A stretch of 64,000 nucleotides of DNA, from NCBI RefSeq assembly GCF_009914755.1, contig NC_060936.1, one strand, 5' to 3'. Positions within the stretch are counted from its first letter, which is position 1, and each line of letters opens with the position of its first letter. This document shows, piece by piece, positions 28,553-43,631 of this stretch. A program made the position numbers and the translations under genes. The notes under the pieces are model-generated. The model was not told the DNA's origin and searched no databases. It saw only the letters and a list, made by a program, of their open reading frames with translations. Origin of the DNA: the human T2T-CHM13v2.0 reference genome, Homo sapiens.

Positions 28553-31405
28553 CAGGCATGGACCAGGGCCTGGCTCTCCTCTCAGGGCCTTTCTCCTGTC
28601 TAAATTTGGTGGGTGACCTCTGGCTGGAAAGAGGAAGTGAGGTGGTGGAAAGAGACAAGGTTTCTTCCTTCCCTGCAGGAGGCTGTGGCAAAAAGCCAGC
28701 ATTCACAGTAAGTTCTTCGGTTTACAAACTATTTCTTCTGTGGTGGGTTATTTCCACTGCATTCCAAAGCAGGCTCTGCTTTTTGGAGAGGTAAAAAATA
28801 TGTCAGCAGTCCGAAGTGAACTGCTCAAAGCTGGCTCTCATAAGAAGATACTCACTTTTCAAGAGTTAAGGGTCACAGCAAAGGGCCCTCTCAACTCCAC
28901 CTCCTTGGTGACATTAAGGGGAGATAATTAAAACAGAATGGGCTCCTGCAAATGTGTTGCATTATCTCCTGGTTGACTCAGCAATTCCACAGGAGGCTGA
29001 AAGTTTAATGAAGAGCAGTAAGAAAGACATCTGCAAATCTGACAATAACCAAGAAGTTTGCAAAAAGAAGTATGCAGAAATGAAAGTTCATTTTCTCATG
29101 TCATAAATTACTTTATAGTATCCTTGCTTTCCCACTCTTGTTAAAAAAAAGGTTTTTTTATTTATTTTTATTTTTATTTTACTAACTCACTTAAATATTT
29201 ACATGTAGAATCAGACCTGGCAGCAAATTCAAAGAAATCTGTTAAGGACGGCAAAAGTTGCTTCTGTATCAGAGGCTTTGAGACTCCAGGTCTCAATTAA
29301 CCTTTCTAAATAGGAACTGACAGACTTGAATGTAAAATCAGAGTGGGTGAGGGGAGGGGAGACTAAAATGTTTTTGAAGAATGTTTGACTACAAAGTAAA
29401 CAATTTGAACAGAAAATATTACATCAGATGCTGCCTCCACATTCCATAAAACTGTATATACAGTAAAATGTACTGTACAGTTGAAAGACATGGATAAAAG
29501 AAATCATAAAACATTTGAGTTTTGTGATGATCCAAACTTCATGGAATTAGTTGTGTTGGCATAAGACAGAGTTTTTTTTTGTTTTTTTTTTTCTGTTAGA
29601 TCTTGACATGAAGTTTGTACAGATGGCATTGAAAGCATAACTTTAGAGATATTTATCTTTAAGCTTTCTTTTCCTTTCTGTCATCAAATTGACCCATGAG
29701 TACAAATTTACTAGGTATTATTATTTATTTCAGGTATGTTATTTCATTTTGCTAACCAAAATGTTATCAGTATTATTTTGCACAAAATAGCACACTACTT
29801 ATTATTCATTTTCAGGATTTTGCTTTGAATGAAAGCAAAAGGAAAGTTAACTTAGCAAATTTACAGCATAATCAAGATTGTAAGGGGAAAGGTTTAAATG
29901 TTAGAAAACAACATGTCAAAAGCACCCATTTATAAGCCAATGTTTCATTGTCAGTTTCCAAAACTCTTAGTATCAAACACAGCTACTCTCTCCATTTAAA
30001 TGATGTTTACATATCTAAAAGCAATACAATCCCTTATCTCCAAGAATCTGGTTAATCAGATAAGCCTTTCTCATTAGCTTGTGTTAGAGAGATTTTTACT
30101 GTATTTTAAACAGCTGTAATTCAATAAATCTGAAAGAGTAGGGAATTCAGCACTACTGCTTACCTTATGAGTTTGTAGATCATGAAGAAATATCATTATC
30201 TCTCCTGCTTCATTGTACCAGCTGTTTTCAGTATGGACTGTTCCTATTTTTCCCATATGGCAAAACCTCATCCATCTCTGTTCTTGCCCATGGACTTTGT
30301 TAGATATTCTTTAACCCTGGGTCCCCATGCTTGTTGAAGTTAACCCTCTAACATACCCTGTTTGACATCATTATTGCACGTAGTGTGGTATTATAATTGT
30401 TCATATGGGGGATTCTTTTTCATCTTGGTTTCCCTTCTGCCTAGCATAGTCCCTGCGTAGGGGAGATGTGCAATGGTTTCTGAAAGAGAATCCAAAGCAT
30501 CACTTTGAGTTATTAGAGTAACAAGGCTGCTTGTTACTGCAACACTGCCTTGCCATTGCCACTCAACTTGGGTCTTCCACACTTGCCCCTTGGGACTATT
30601 GTCATTTGATGCACTTCCTATTTAGCCTACATCATCTCCCTCTCTCTGAGTGATGGAGAAATGGCTTCTCTGTTTATGTCCTTCTCTCCACTTTTGGGGG
30701 TCTCACAGAAGAATGGCTTGGGCCACTGCTTATTATGTTTCATTTTATAGCCCTTTTGGGGAGAAGGCAGACTTCCCATACAGTTGCTGAGGACATTAAT
30801 CACACAGCATTTTCACTCTCACTTCTTTCTTTCTCAGGGACAGCCTCATTGTGAACCAAGATCCTTTGCTCTCTTCCTCTCAGCCAGCCTGGTCAGAGAT
30901 TGATGGCCCATGCCTTATACCTTCATATATGCAAACTTTTTAAAAAAGTGTTTCTTGTCCCATCTTGCAATTTAAATTGCAGTGGCCCATTCCTAAATCC
31001 ATCAACTGAATGTTATATATCTGAAACCCCAGCTGTGTACAGTTCCAATGGTTTGGCTAGATATGAATGATGGTATTCACACAGAGAACACAAGCTTCCA
31101 AATATATACACCAAAATTTTAAGTCTGTGTGATATGCTTAATGGTAGTTTTCTTTGTCATTATATACTTTGCCAACTTAATAGTGAGCACAGATTATTAT
31201 TATAATCTGAAATAAAAACCAAAGATATTTATATTTGGGAATGTTTCATAAGAAATATAACACAAAATTTCCCATATAAAGTGGTTACCAATTCAATGCT
31301 GAAAGCAATGTTTCAAAAGAGAAAGCATAAAAAGCTAAGTTGTTTTTAAAGTAAAGCTATTAGCTATAATTCCTTTTGGGTCTATTTTCAAATGAATTCA
31401 ATTAG

Positions 31406-31750
<345 letters not shown>

Positions 31751-33094
31751 TCAAAAGAGCTTTACATTTTTATACATACTAATAACGACTTAATTAGTAC
31801 AGATCCAATTGTCAATTACCCATGTTATCTGCTTTCCAACTTATTTGGGCTGTTTCCCTTTCCAGAAACCAGAGAGGGGAAGAAAAAAAGCACAAAAACA
31901 AAATAATTTGCTCATTTGTTATTTGCATTAAGTAATTTTGGAGAAGATTGAAATTATCTACAAAAGTGAATCTATTATTTGTGGGTTTTCCAGTTCCACA
32001 GGCAATCGAGAGCCACTGTGAAGTCTCTTCCTGATAGACCAAACCAAATTTATGACTTCCAGAAATCTCCAGATCCAAGGGTCAAGGTTGTGTCGCTTTC
32101 AATGGACAAGTTCTGCCCAGGTTCTTCAGTTTTGAGAAAAGGAAAACCAGTAACACAAAATTCAATACTTTTCCAATGGTCTCTTTAAATAAATTTGCTA
32201 CAGACACTGTGGCAACACTAAAGCTTATTAAGCTAAAAAGTTTCTTGAAATTGTCAGAAAGTGCTAAAAATCTACTTTTAGAAAGCCATGAGTTACATAT
32301 GTATTTTGTAGAGGGAAGAGTTGTTGGAAGGTTTGTTTACTCTAAAGAGAATTTACACTAATTTTCATTATTTAAAAATGAAGGTAAAAAAATAAAACTT
32401 CTAAATACCTAATATAAAGACAACACTCTACATTTAGATTCAGCCCTAACTTTATTTTTAACTAGGATCTTGGGCAAGTCATAATTTCTCAGAAATCTTA
32501 ACTCACTCATCTATACCAAGGAAGGCATGATTAGTCTTAACTCATTCGTCTATACCAGGAAAAGTATGACTGTCTAGTCCAAAATGCTGGTTCCTTATGG
32601 CTCTAAAATTTTATAAGAGGTTACAATTTCCACATAAATGTCTATGGAGTCACGCAGGTAAAATATGAGTGAAGATGACCAGAGTGACAAGAATTTCTTT
32701 TTAAAGTAAATCCTTTTAAATGTTTCCTTATTTCATATTTGATAGCAACAAAAATATTTCACTTTCTTAGTTCTACCATTACAGAAACAATAATAAATGG
32801 CCATCAATACTGATAAATGACAGGGGCACAGAGACCAGAGGGAGTGCTGGGGACAGTGGCAAACTGGAGGGTAGGAAAAGCACTAGGTTATTGTTATCAT
32901 ACGGGAATGAAGGCCTAATGCTGCCAGATGCCAAAAAATGTGGATGTTTTTGGTGAAATCTAATTTTCAATGTAGCCAAACAATGAAAAACTTAAAAACA
33001 AACAAACAAAAACAACCTTGTGAGCCATTACCATTTCTGGCCAAGCCATTACTTTGCCTCCCTCATTGTACTAGGGCCAGCACATATTAAATAA

Positions 33095-33491
<397 letters not shown>

Positions 33492-34439
33492 TGACTCTTC
33501 ATCTCATTTGATCATCACAATAACACTGAGCTACCATAGAGATAAATTGTTAGCCTCATTTTACAGATGAAAGATAAGGTAAAGCTCAGGGACTGAATAA
33601 CATGTCCTAACCCACACAACTAACGTTGTGCAGCATTACGTCTAGAATATTGACATGGAAATATTTATAGTATTATGCTGAATGAAGAGTAGGCTATAAA
33701 ATGCATGATTTTTAAAGTTTTAAAAAGCATTTTTAATAACTGCATATTATTTCATCATGAAGATACACTAAAATACTCTTAAACGAGCTTCTATTATTAC
33801 TTGTTTTTGCTATTAAAATCATGTAGGAAAGCATTTTTTAAAAGAACTTGATTTCATTCATTGATTTAAAATCATTAATTGATCACCTGTGTGCCAGTCA
33901 TTTTATTAGACGCTGTCCTCAAAGGGATGTCTGACTCACAATGTATTTCTGGCGAGTAAATTTTATCCTTTAAAAAATGAAAGAAAAAAGCCACAGGGCT
34001 TCTTTGAAATTTAAGCAGGTACTCAGATTAGCTCTATACATTTTTAAGATACTTAAGCAATCACCTTTGAATCAATGATCATGTCCCCAGTTACATCCTC
34101 AGTCTCCTGAACTTCGGGCTGAAAAAAGGTAGGCTTCCCCCATACAGCTTAGTCTGGAGAATTGCACAAGGGATTGCAGCAGTTTTCTTTGCCAGAGACT
34201 TTAGGAGGCTTTATTGAGATTAACTTTTGAGAGCTACTCCTATTAGCAGGATATACTTGGGAGACTCCTTGTCACCTACACGATGACAAAAAGTGGCTCT
34301 GCGTCTTTTCTCAATTTTCCACTTGTCATAGCAGAATTCTAAATTTCACAATTTGAAAGTAACAGTTGCCAGGTTGCAGAGGGATACAGACACATTGGAG
34401 AAAAAGGATAGAAATGATGATGCAACTTGAAAACATTAT

Positions 34440-34680
34440 TTTTTTTGGGACAAGAATCTCGCTCTGTTTCCCAGGCTAGAGTGCAGTGGTACACTCTCGA
34501 CTCTCTGTAACCTCCGCTTCCCAGGTTCAAGCGATTCTTCTGGCTAATTTTTTGTATTTTAGTAGAGACGGGGTTTCACCATGTTGTCCAGGCTGCTCCT
34601 GAATTCCTGAGCTCACGCAGTCTGCCCACCTCAGCCTCCCAAAGTGCCAGGATTACAGGTGTGAGCCACTACGCCCGGCC
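34440..34680 (-). mobile_element. Alu with internal deletion
   Basis: gcgattcttc joins directly to tggctaattt (about 50 bp of right arm missing). Confidence 0.85.
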
Positions 34681-34904
34681 CAGATCGCTCTTAATTACAG
34701 TGGGATGGCAGGCTTGCATACCAAGTCTACCCTGGTAAACTGGGACATATGGGCACCCCGCTAGGATGTTCTATGTTCTTGAAGAACAGTTGTAGAAACT
34801 GGAGATGTTGAGCAAGGAAGAGAAGATAGGAATGGAGTTTGGGGGCTGAGGGACTAGCAAGCTGCCTTTATATATCTGAAAATCTGGTTTGATAGGATTT
34901 TAAA

Positions 34905-35205
34905 GTTTTTTTTGTTTGTTTTTTTGAGACGAAGTCTTGCTCTTGTCCCCCAGCCTGGAGTGCAATGTCACAATCTCGGCTCACTGCAACCTCTGCCTCC
35001 CGGGTTCGATTCTCCTGCCTCAGCCTCCCGAGTAGCTGGGATTACAGGCGCCTGCCACCAGGCCTAGCTAACTTTTGTAGTTTTAGTGGAGACAGGGGTT
35101 TCACCATGTTGGCCAGGCTGGTCTCGAACTCCTGACCTCAGGTGATCCGTCCGCCTTGGCCTCACAAAGTGCTGGGATTACAGGTGTGAGAAACCGCACC
35201 CGGCC
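34905..35205 (-). mobile_element. Alu (AluS-like)
   Basis: Reverse Alu; TSD aggattttaaa. Confidence 0.92.
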
Positions 35206-35920
35206 AGGATTTTAAAACTTAAGAGTGTCTGGACCAAGTCATTTCTGATATACCATTTCAGATACAGCAAAATGGTCATGAGTTTGGTTGTTGAACAATT
35301 TTGGATTCAAATCCCAGATGATACTAACTAGCTGTGTGGTCACAGGCAACTTTAACTTCTTTATTATAAGAGAGGGGTAGAGTTATAATGACTCACTGGA
35401 GGAAAATACAAAAGCAAGTGACCCAGAAGAGGGGCTCAATAAGTCAGTTTGTGCACTGTAACTATTGTTGGATATGGTACAGGCCAGTTGGGTATGCTAT
35501 GGGATCTTTTAGGGGTTAAGTGAGCGTATGGTTGGAGCCAATATTTTTTGACCAATTTGACTTAGAAATTGTTCTTAGAGACAACAACAAAAAAATCAAC
35601 TAGTAATTTTTCCCAGGCACAAGGTGATTTTATATAAACATCTAATTTTAAAGATGTATACTCTTAAATATAAATACTTTAAATATTCATCATAAAATCT
35701 GACATTTTCCTGCCAAGTGATACATGCTTCTTACTTTCAACTGTGCCAAGAAGTACAATATATTAGAAATAAACTTAAAAAAGGCATATTGCCTGATTTT
35801 GAAACTGTATATATAAATACAGACTAGATGGCTTTGGTCACAGGCCGGGGGCAAAAAATATACAGAGAGACTAGAAATTAAAAGTAAACTTTCATGACCT
35901 GATTTTGAAATCCTTTTATT

Positions 35921-36242
<322 letters not shown>

Positions 36243-36390
36243 TCATAAGACCCACTAGTTTAAATTTGTTCATAATTTTTTTCTAAAAAAATGAGATAAA
36301 GACGTTTTCAACCTGGTATAAGTAAACTTCCACCAAAAATTCAGGTTTTTAATAACAGTAAATGAAAACAAAAACAAAAAAACTAAGCTT

Positions 36391-36660
36391 GGCTGGGCAT
36401 AGCAGCTCACTTGTAATCCCAGACTTCAGGAGGCTGAGATGAGAGGATTGTTTGAGGCCAGGAGTTTGAGAACAGCCTAGGCAACATAGTGAGACTCCCT
36501 CTCTACAAAAAGTTAAAAAAAAAGAAAAAAATGGCTGGGTGTGGTGGCATGCACCTGTAGTCCTAGCTAGTCAGGGAGGCTGAGGCAGGAGGATCACCTG
36601 AGCTCAGAAGTTCGAGGCTGCAGTGAGCTAGGACTGTAACCTGTCTCTAAAAAGAAGAAC
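36391..36660 (+). mobile_element. Alu (AluJ-like)
   Basis: Diverged Alu with a 3' deletion. Confidence 0.85.
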
Positions 36661-36763
36661 AAAAACCTAAGTTTAATATACTCACCTGTATACTTTCTCT
36701 TTTATGCTCATTAACTTCTTGCATTTCATCATTGTGGTTCTCAATGCTTCCCTCTGTTTTACT

Positions 36764-36940
36764 CAGTAGTTCCCAAAGTGTGGCTGCATATTAGAATCAT
36801 TCGGGAATCAAATTTTAAGTGCCAGTGCTCCCTCAGGCCACACCATAAACTACAATGCCTGAGCTGGGAGCCTGGCACCAGTATGTTTTAAAGTTCTCCC
36901 AAGTGATGCCAATGTACAGCAAAGTTTGGGAAGTACTGAT
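36764..36940. mobile_element. MER5A-like hAT-Charlie element
   Basis: cagtagttcccaaagtgtggctgcatattagaatca...aagtttgggaagtactg TIRs. Confidence 0.7.
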
Positions 36941-38967
36941 CTATCCCATGGTTTATTATGGGAATAAAGATATGACTGGGAACAGAAAGAGCAATTAAAA
37001 CTTGGTAATGGTCTCAAACCACCAGAGCAGCTCTAGTGTAATAAAAATCTGTGTGACTGGATCACTAGCACCCTCATTTATTTACCACCCAGAGGAAAGC
37101 AAGCTGCTTCTTTTTAGAAGGGAAAATTGACTAAAAACAGAAAAAATGGAAATGGATGCAAACACTATTATTCTAATGAGATGAATCTCCTGGGTAACCT
37201 TCATAATGCATGGGTATTTATGACCCAGTTGGGACTTAAGGGTCTTTTTCAACTCTGAAATTTTTTATTTAAGCCAAATTTCTTAGAGGAGGCAGGAACA
37301 GTTCTTCACAGGTTTCAGTTGCTCAGTCAATAGGCTTACCTTATACTGTGCTTTGTAATTGTTAAAAGCGCTTTCACATTTTCAAGTTCATCTGAACTTC
37401 TAAAGCAGGGCAGAAATTGCAATACTCATATTCCTGTTGAGGAAACTGAGGGCTGAAGATATTAAAAGCTGGTATAAGAGTTGGAACCGTTTAGAACCCA
37501 GTTCTGGTGAACTGCTAGGAAAAAATACTGCCTCTTCGCACACCTCAGAGATTCACTCTTTGAGCCTCAACACCCTCTCCCAGAGAGGTGATTTTCCTTT
37601 GGCGGGGGGGGGGGGAAGCACCTTCTTTTACACATCTGTTGTGTTGAGGAAGGTGAGGCAGGGTGGTGCAAGCATTGAGAAGAGATACAAGTACAAAAGG
37701 GGCCTCGAGGAATTTACAGGAGCAGGAAGAACACATGAACATATAATGTGCTCATAGCAATGGAAAAAGAGAGGGAAGTGACAACTATCTGAGGTTAGAG
37801 TTGTTAAGGAGCAAATGAAGAGCCATTCATAGCTTCTTGGAGTTATTTGCTCGAGTTGGCCACCTCGCTCCTGCTGTGACTGACCTAGATGGCTTTGCTT
37901 TCTTTAGGTTATGTTACCTTGGTACCTAAACCTGAGCCACCTTCAACTTCATACCTGCTTTCAGTTTTAGTGTATCTGTCTTGCTGGTGAGCAAAATGTA
38001 TACTCACGTCCTGGTTTTCCTCACTGATGCTCAAACTAGCTTTTGTCTCTTATTCTTTTCAGGAACATTCCTCATTGCATTTATTCCAAACCTTCCTATG
38101 TCCCTCAAGGCCAGGATTCAGGACTCTAGAACGCACCTTTTCCATTCTGTTAACCAAACCTATGGTTTTTCCACATTTTAGCAGACATCTGCCTCCTCTT
38201 GTCATTTTGTTTCTGACTTTAGGTCCCAAAGAGCAGGATTTTACATCTATCTATATTAAACTATTGTTTTAGTCATCTCATCACATATCAGTTTGACTCC
38301 TGATTTTGTCATCTAGTTTATTCTCAACCCTTCCCAGCTTAATGGTGCCCAAGACAGTGACAAGCTTTCCTTCTACTTCCTTATTGAAACAACTGTTTCA
38401 CAGAAAATCTGAAAGACATGAACAAGATCTGCAAACAATGCTTTGAAACCACTACCAGACTGATATTTAATCCAATCATTCTGCCAATTAAGGGGTCACC
38501 TAATTAAATGTTCTTTCATTCTACACATAAGTAGCTAACAAATCCAAAAGTAGGTGATGCCTTGAAATGCCAACAACTAGGTTTCTTGTTTTGCTACAGA
38601 TATTTCATCTATGCTTTCAAGTACTCTTTCTTTTCTATTCTCTCTACTTTTGCTGTTATTATCCTAGTCTATTCCCTCTGTACGCCAGACCTGTACAACT
38701 CAATGTTTTAACTGTTCTGTTTACATCTCTACCCTCAGTCTCTTCAATCACCAATCCATCCAACACATCCAAAACCTTCCCAAATCACCACTTTGCCCAC
38801 CTCCCCTCCAGGACAATGTTTTAAGATACTTTTTCTTAACAAAGATATCTTTAAGATTATAAAACTCGGCACCTAATTTTTACAGACCAAGGGGAACCAT
38901 TTACAAAGCAAATAACATTAATATAAAATGGTATCAAGACAGTAGTTTAAAAATGGCAATTTTCTTA

Positions 38968-39363
<396 letters not shown>

Positions 39364-39798
39364 TCACAAAATAAAAAGTTAATTGAAAGTAAAACATCCT
39401 ATTCTTTAGTCTCACAAGCTTCAAAACCAAAAAATGCAGAGATGCAGAGTGTCTCACTGTTATACTTATTTTCATTCCAAACTATCTAGGAAACAAAGCA
39501 GCAGGTTAAATTATTGGGCTATCTATAAGACTTTGAATAAACACACCCATTTTAAAAGCACTAAATAATGAAATTCTCTATTCAAAATATGCTATTAAAA
39601 GCACCATTCTACCGAGTTTATCTTTGACTCTTCGGCTAGAGGAGGTCTGATCATGAGGAAAGCTTGGATTATACATCTTAATAGGTGATTCTGCCTCAGT
39701 CTTTTGAGCTATCCCAGGAAGGCTGTGAAGATTCTTAAGATCCTCTCAGAAGCGTTTGATACCAGAGAAGTGCAATGATGGAAACGCTTAAGAGTTAA

Positions 39799-39920
39799 GC
39801 AGAAATTTTTAACTGTTCAAAAATTTGGGCCCTGATTCAGGTTAACAAGATGCTAGTCAGGCAGAGATTTTTAACTGTTCAAATATTTGGGCCCTGATGC
39901 AGGTTAACAAGATGCTAGTC
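39799..39920. repeat. Tandem duplication, 62-bp unit x2
   Basis: gcaga(a/g)atttttaactgttcaaa(a/t)atttgggccctgat(t/g)caggttaacaagatgctagtc at 39799 and 39861; 3 mismatches in 60 bp. Confidence 0.95.
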
Positions 39921-40584
39921 CTGCAGTAAAGACCAGTGGCTACTGGTTTGGCCTCTTGAAATGGTCTGCCTCAAGTGTGAATCCCAGCTCTACTACCTAG
40001 CCATGTGACCTAGAGTAAGTTACCTGAACTCTTTAAGCCTATTTCCCTGCTGTAAAATGGCAGAATGTTTACCAGGTTGCTTACATAATCCATGTAAAGT
40101 GCTTAGTATATACCCAGTACTCCGTAAATACTAATTTATGTTGTGACATGTCCCTTTTAATAATAGCTAACGACAGTATCAGTGCTTATAACTAATGATC
40201 TGAAAACGTTATTTGGAAAAAATGAATCCTTAATCCTAGGGATTCCCTGCACTGAACCCAAACCCAGACTATGTGTTACTGATTTGAGAACTTGTTTTTC
40301 TAGGATGTAGTGGTGGTTAAGGAAGTTGTGCCAGAGACTGATTCTGTATAAGCACATATGCACATTTTCTTAACTTTGATTCCCTACTTTGGAACAATTA
40401 TTATACTGTTCAACAATACCTTGAAATAACAGAATACAGATTTAACATGTCTACTGAAATACTTTAGTAGGAAAAATGTTAAACAGTTCTTAGATGTAAA
40501 GCATAAAAGCAAACTCAATGGTGAGTTTAAGGGGTAAAACTATCAATCGGTTGAAAAAGAAACTATTTGCATAAAGGCAATTTC

Positions 40585-40877
40585 CTTTTTTTCTTTGAGA
40601 CAGGGTCTCACTCTTTCCCAGGCTAGAGTGCAGTGGTGTGATCACAGCTCACTGCAGCCTTGAACTCGGGTTCAAGAGATCCTCTCACCTCAGCCACTCT
40701 GGTATCTACGACTACCTGCACCTTGCACCACCACTAGATATATATATATATTTTTTTTTTGTTGTTGTTGTTGTTGAGATGGGGATCTAGCTTTGTTGCT
40801 CAGGATGGTCTCAAATGATTGTCCAGCCTTGGCCTCCCCAATTGCTGGGATTACAGGCATGAGCCACAATGCCTGGC
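40585..40877 (-). mobile_element. Alu (AluJ-like) with a (TA)n/(TTG)n middle region
   Basis: Reverse AluJ consensus. Confidence 0.85.
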
Positions 40878-41872
40878 TTTTGTGACACATACTGATGAAG
40901 AAAAGTACAGAAACACAACTATCAACTTCCTGACCACATGAAACAGTCTTTATGGTATAAAAACACTTATTCTAAAAGAAAGATTATTTTTCAGATTTTT
41001 AGTGAGGTAGTATAATTATGCTATTAATAATATCTTTTATTTTGGTCTATAAATGAGTGTTAACAGACTAATTAAAAAAGATAAAAGTTGATGGGGGTTT
41101 GAGCATAAGAGTCTTAGAGTAGCACAGGTTAAAGAAAGAAGGCAGCTGCAATAAGACACAATCTTAAAGGCGCGGGGAAGGAACAATGTCAACATGCAAA
41201 GGCTTAAACTCCCCTTTCTTTCTCAGCTAATTTTTTACAAAGAGAACTTAATTCAAAATTCAATTCTAATACATAATATATATATAAAACCCAATTTGAC
41301 AAAATGGAAAATATCTTTCATGTCACAAATATGGTACTTAAGTATACTCAATAATTTACTAATGATTTATACTAACTGAAAAATATGGTATTCATCATCA
41401 TTTAAAGTTTACTCAGTATTTCAACAAAGTTGCTAGTTTATATTAATAACTTATTATAAAAAACAACTATGGATAATTTTATTAATTTTTACCATAGAGT
41501 TCAGATAACTGGTATTGACAAGTATGGATAATGAAATAAAAATAAGCTCTTACAGCTAATGTGAAAAACTAATCTGTACTAAAACCAGCAGATTACATTC
41601 CCATAGACTGCAGAAATGATCTATTGTGCTATAAGGGTTGAGGACAGTGGGTTGGAGAGTAGGGACAATGTACCCACTCTCATTTTAGAGGCAAGATCAT
41701 GCATATTATTAGAAGAGTGATTCACTGTAACACAACCATAACATTTCAAGTACATTATAGAATTTTCAATTAGATTTCTAAAATTTCAAGTAGAAAAAAT
41801 TCCAAAATATTTTCAAATCAATATCAATATCCAAAAAGTTCAGTCCCCATTCAGAAACAGATAAACAGTATA

Positions 41873-41878
41873 TTTATT
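41873..41878 (-). terminator. Distal polyadenylation signal AATAAA of ATP2B1
   Basis: TTTATT on plus; downstream on minus is GU/U-rich (tgtttatctgtttctg...). Confidence 0.75.
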
Positions 41879-42689
41879 AAATGAGTTAAGACAAATAAAC
41901 TTTACAAATAGACAAATAATAAAAGGCTCAGTGGCTAAAATAGATGGTAAGCATCATTGAAAGAAATCAACACCATCACGGTATCTCAGTTGGCTTACAC
42001 GTGTAAAAAGAAATTTTCAAAGAGCAATTTCACAGAAATGAAGCCAGTTTTTTTCTTATAAACAAATCACCAATTCTTGGTTCAAAACTGACATCTGTTA
42101 TGAAAATTACCATATCACATATTTGTAAGATGACAAGGAGTAACTCATCTTCAAAGTGCAAGTAAGTCTATTTACAACCACAAAAAAGGCAATGATGAGG
42201 AGAAAAGGATTTTTAAAAAATATACAAAGATTAAAAACATTTGGGATGCAAAATTAAACAATTTTTTGGTTAGAGGATAAAAGAGAAAAAGTGATTGAAT
42301 TACAGATTTCAGCTATACATACTATATAATGGGATCCAAGATCTTTAACAGCTTGCTTGCATTTTTTTCTACCTACATAATGCTCTGGAAATTTCTGGTA
42401 GAAATTACAGTGTCTCAAAGAGAGAAATACACACTAAGCATGTCTTGCTACTACTTCATAGATGTCATAAGACCCGTTTATGGATTAGAGTTGGTGTAGA
42501 AAGCCATTGCCTTGAGTTGAAAAATGAATACTGTAAAAGCTCAATACAAATCCTCCAAAGCACATGCACTTCTAAATCTTTTGGTAATTACATTCATATT
42601 TAAGCATAACCAAAATAAAAAAGAAAACTGAAAACATTTCCCTTTTCTCTATTCCCTATGCCTTGTGGGCTCTCCAGTTGATAGGGTCA

Positions 42690-42848
42690 ATTTTTAGAGT
42701 TGAAAGGGTTCTTCAAGATAGTCCACCACCCTTATTTAGGGTAAATGATTTTCCCAAGATCATGCAGCACATTAATGGCAAAACCAAGACTAGAAACCAG
42801 GTCTTGACTCCTAGTCTAATATGCTTTCCAGCATATCATGCTACCTCT
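42690..42848 (-). mobile_element. MIR within the ATP2B1 3' UTR
   Basis: taaatgattttcccaagatcatgcagc...ctagaaaccaggtcttgactcc is the reverse complement of the MIR core. Confidence 0.65.
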
Positions 42849-43604
42849 TTTTTACAGTATGATTCACTATAAATACCTGATGAATAAATGTACAATTACA
42901 AATGCTGACAGAGCCAATGTGTTTCTAAGACCTGCAGAGGATTACTGCAAAGATTTGATGGTGAGAAAAAGATTTCCCCCACCCACCAAAAATATCAAGC
43001 ACCATCAACTAAATGTTTCTTTGCTTGGTCAGCACTCTCAGTTATAGTAGCAGTCCTCGTAAACTTTATGTCAGCCTGAGGATTGTGTATCTGGTGAAAT
43101 CTGGGCCCTAACACATGCCAGTTTCTAAAGGGTAAAGACAGAGGCAAAAAAGAGAAGAAGGTAGATGAAGGAAAGAAAAAGAGAGCTAAAGAATCCAATT
43201 GGCTTAGAGGTGGGCATTCTAGCATATGGTTAATTATTGCATCTAAATATATCATTTTAGAACCTTTTCATGTAATCTCATTTTACCTAATCTGTTATTT
43301 GGCCACTTAAGAATTAAAATAAATGTATCAAAGACAATGGTGGTCATTGTTGTTATGTTTTTTACCTGTGAGACTATTTTAGACAAACTAAATTCAATGA
43401 AGAGTATGTCAAATGGTAAAATTGTGTTAATTTTCTTAATCTGATTCTATTAGATTACCAGCAAGGAATTAAAGCGGTACTTCATGGGGCTGTTACCATC
43501 TTGAAATGTATTCCAATTGTGGTCAAAGAGAACAGACTGATGCACTGTATATGCAGAACTGAGTAAAGAAGCTGAAATGTCTTTTAAAAAAACATTGCCA
43601 TGAA

Positions 43605-43631
43605 TTTATTTAATAAAAGGGCATATTTATT
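43605..43631 (-). terminator. Candidate proximal polyA signals (two AATAAA)
   Basis: TTTATT at 43605-43610 and 43626-43631 on plus; PMCA1 is known to give two mRNA sizes. Confidence 0.55.

Noticed and set aside
39799-39920. Direct repeats as a possible CRISPR-like array
   Set aside because: Two adjacent copies with no spacers, in a eukaryotic context with no cas genes.
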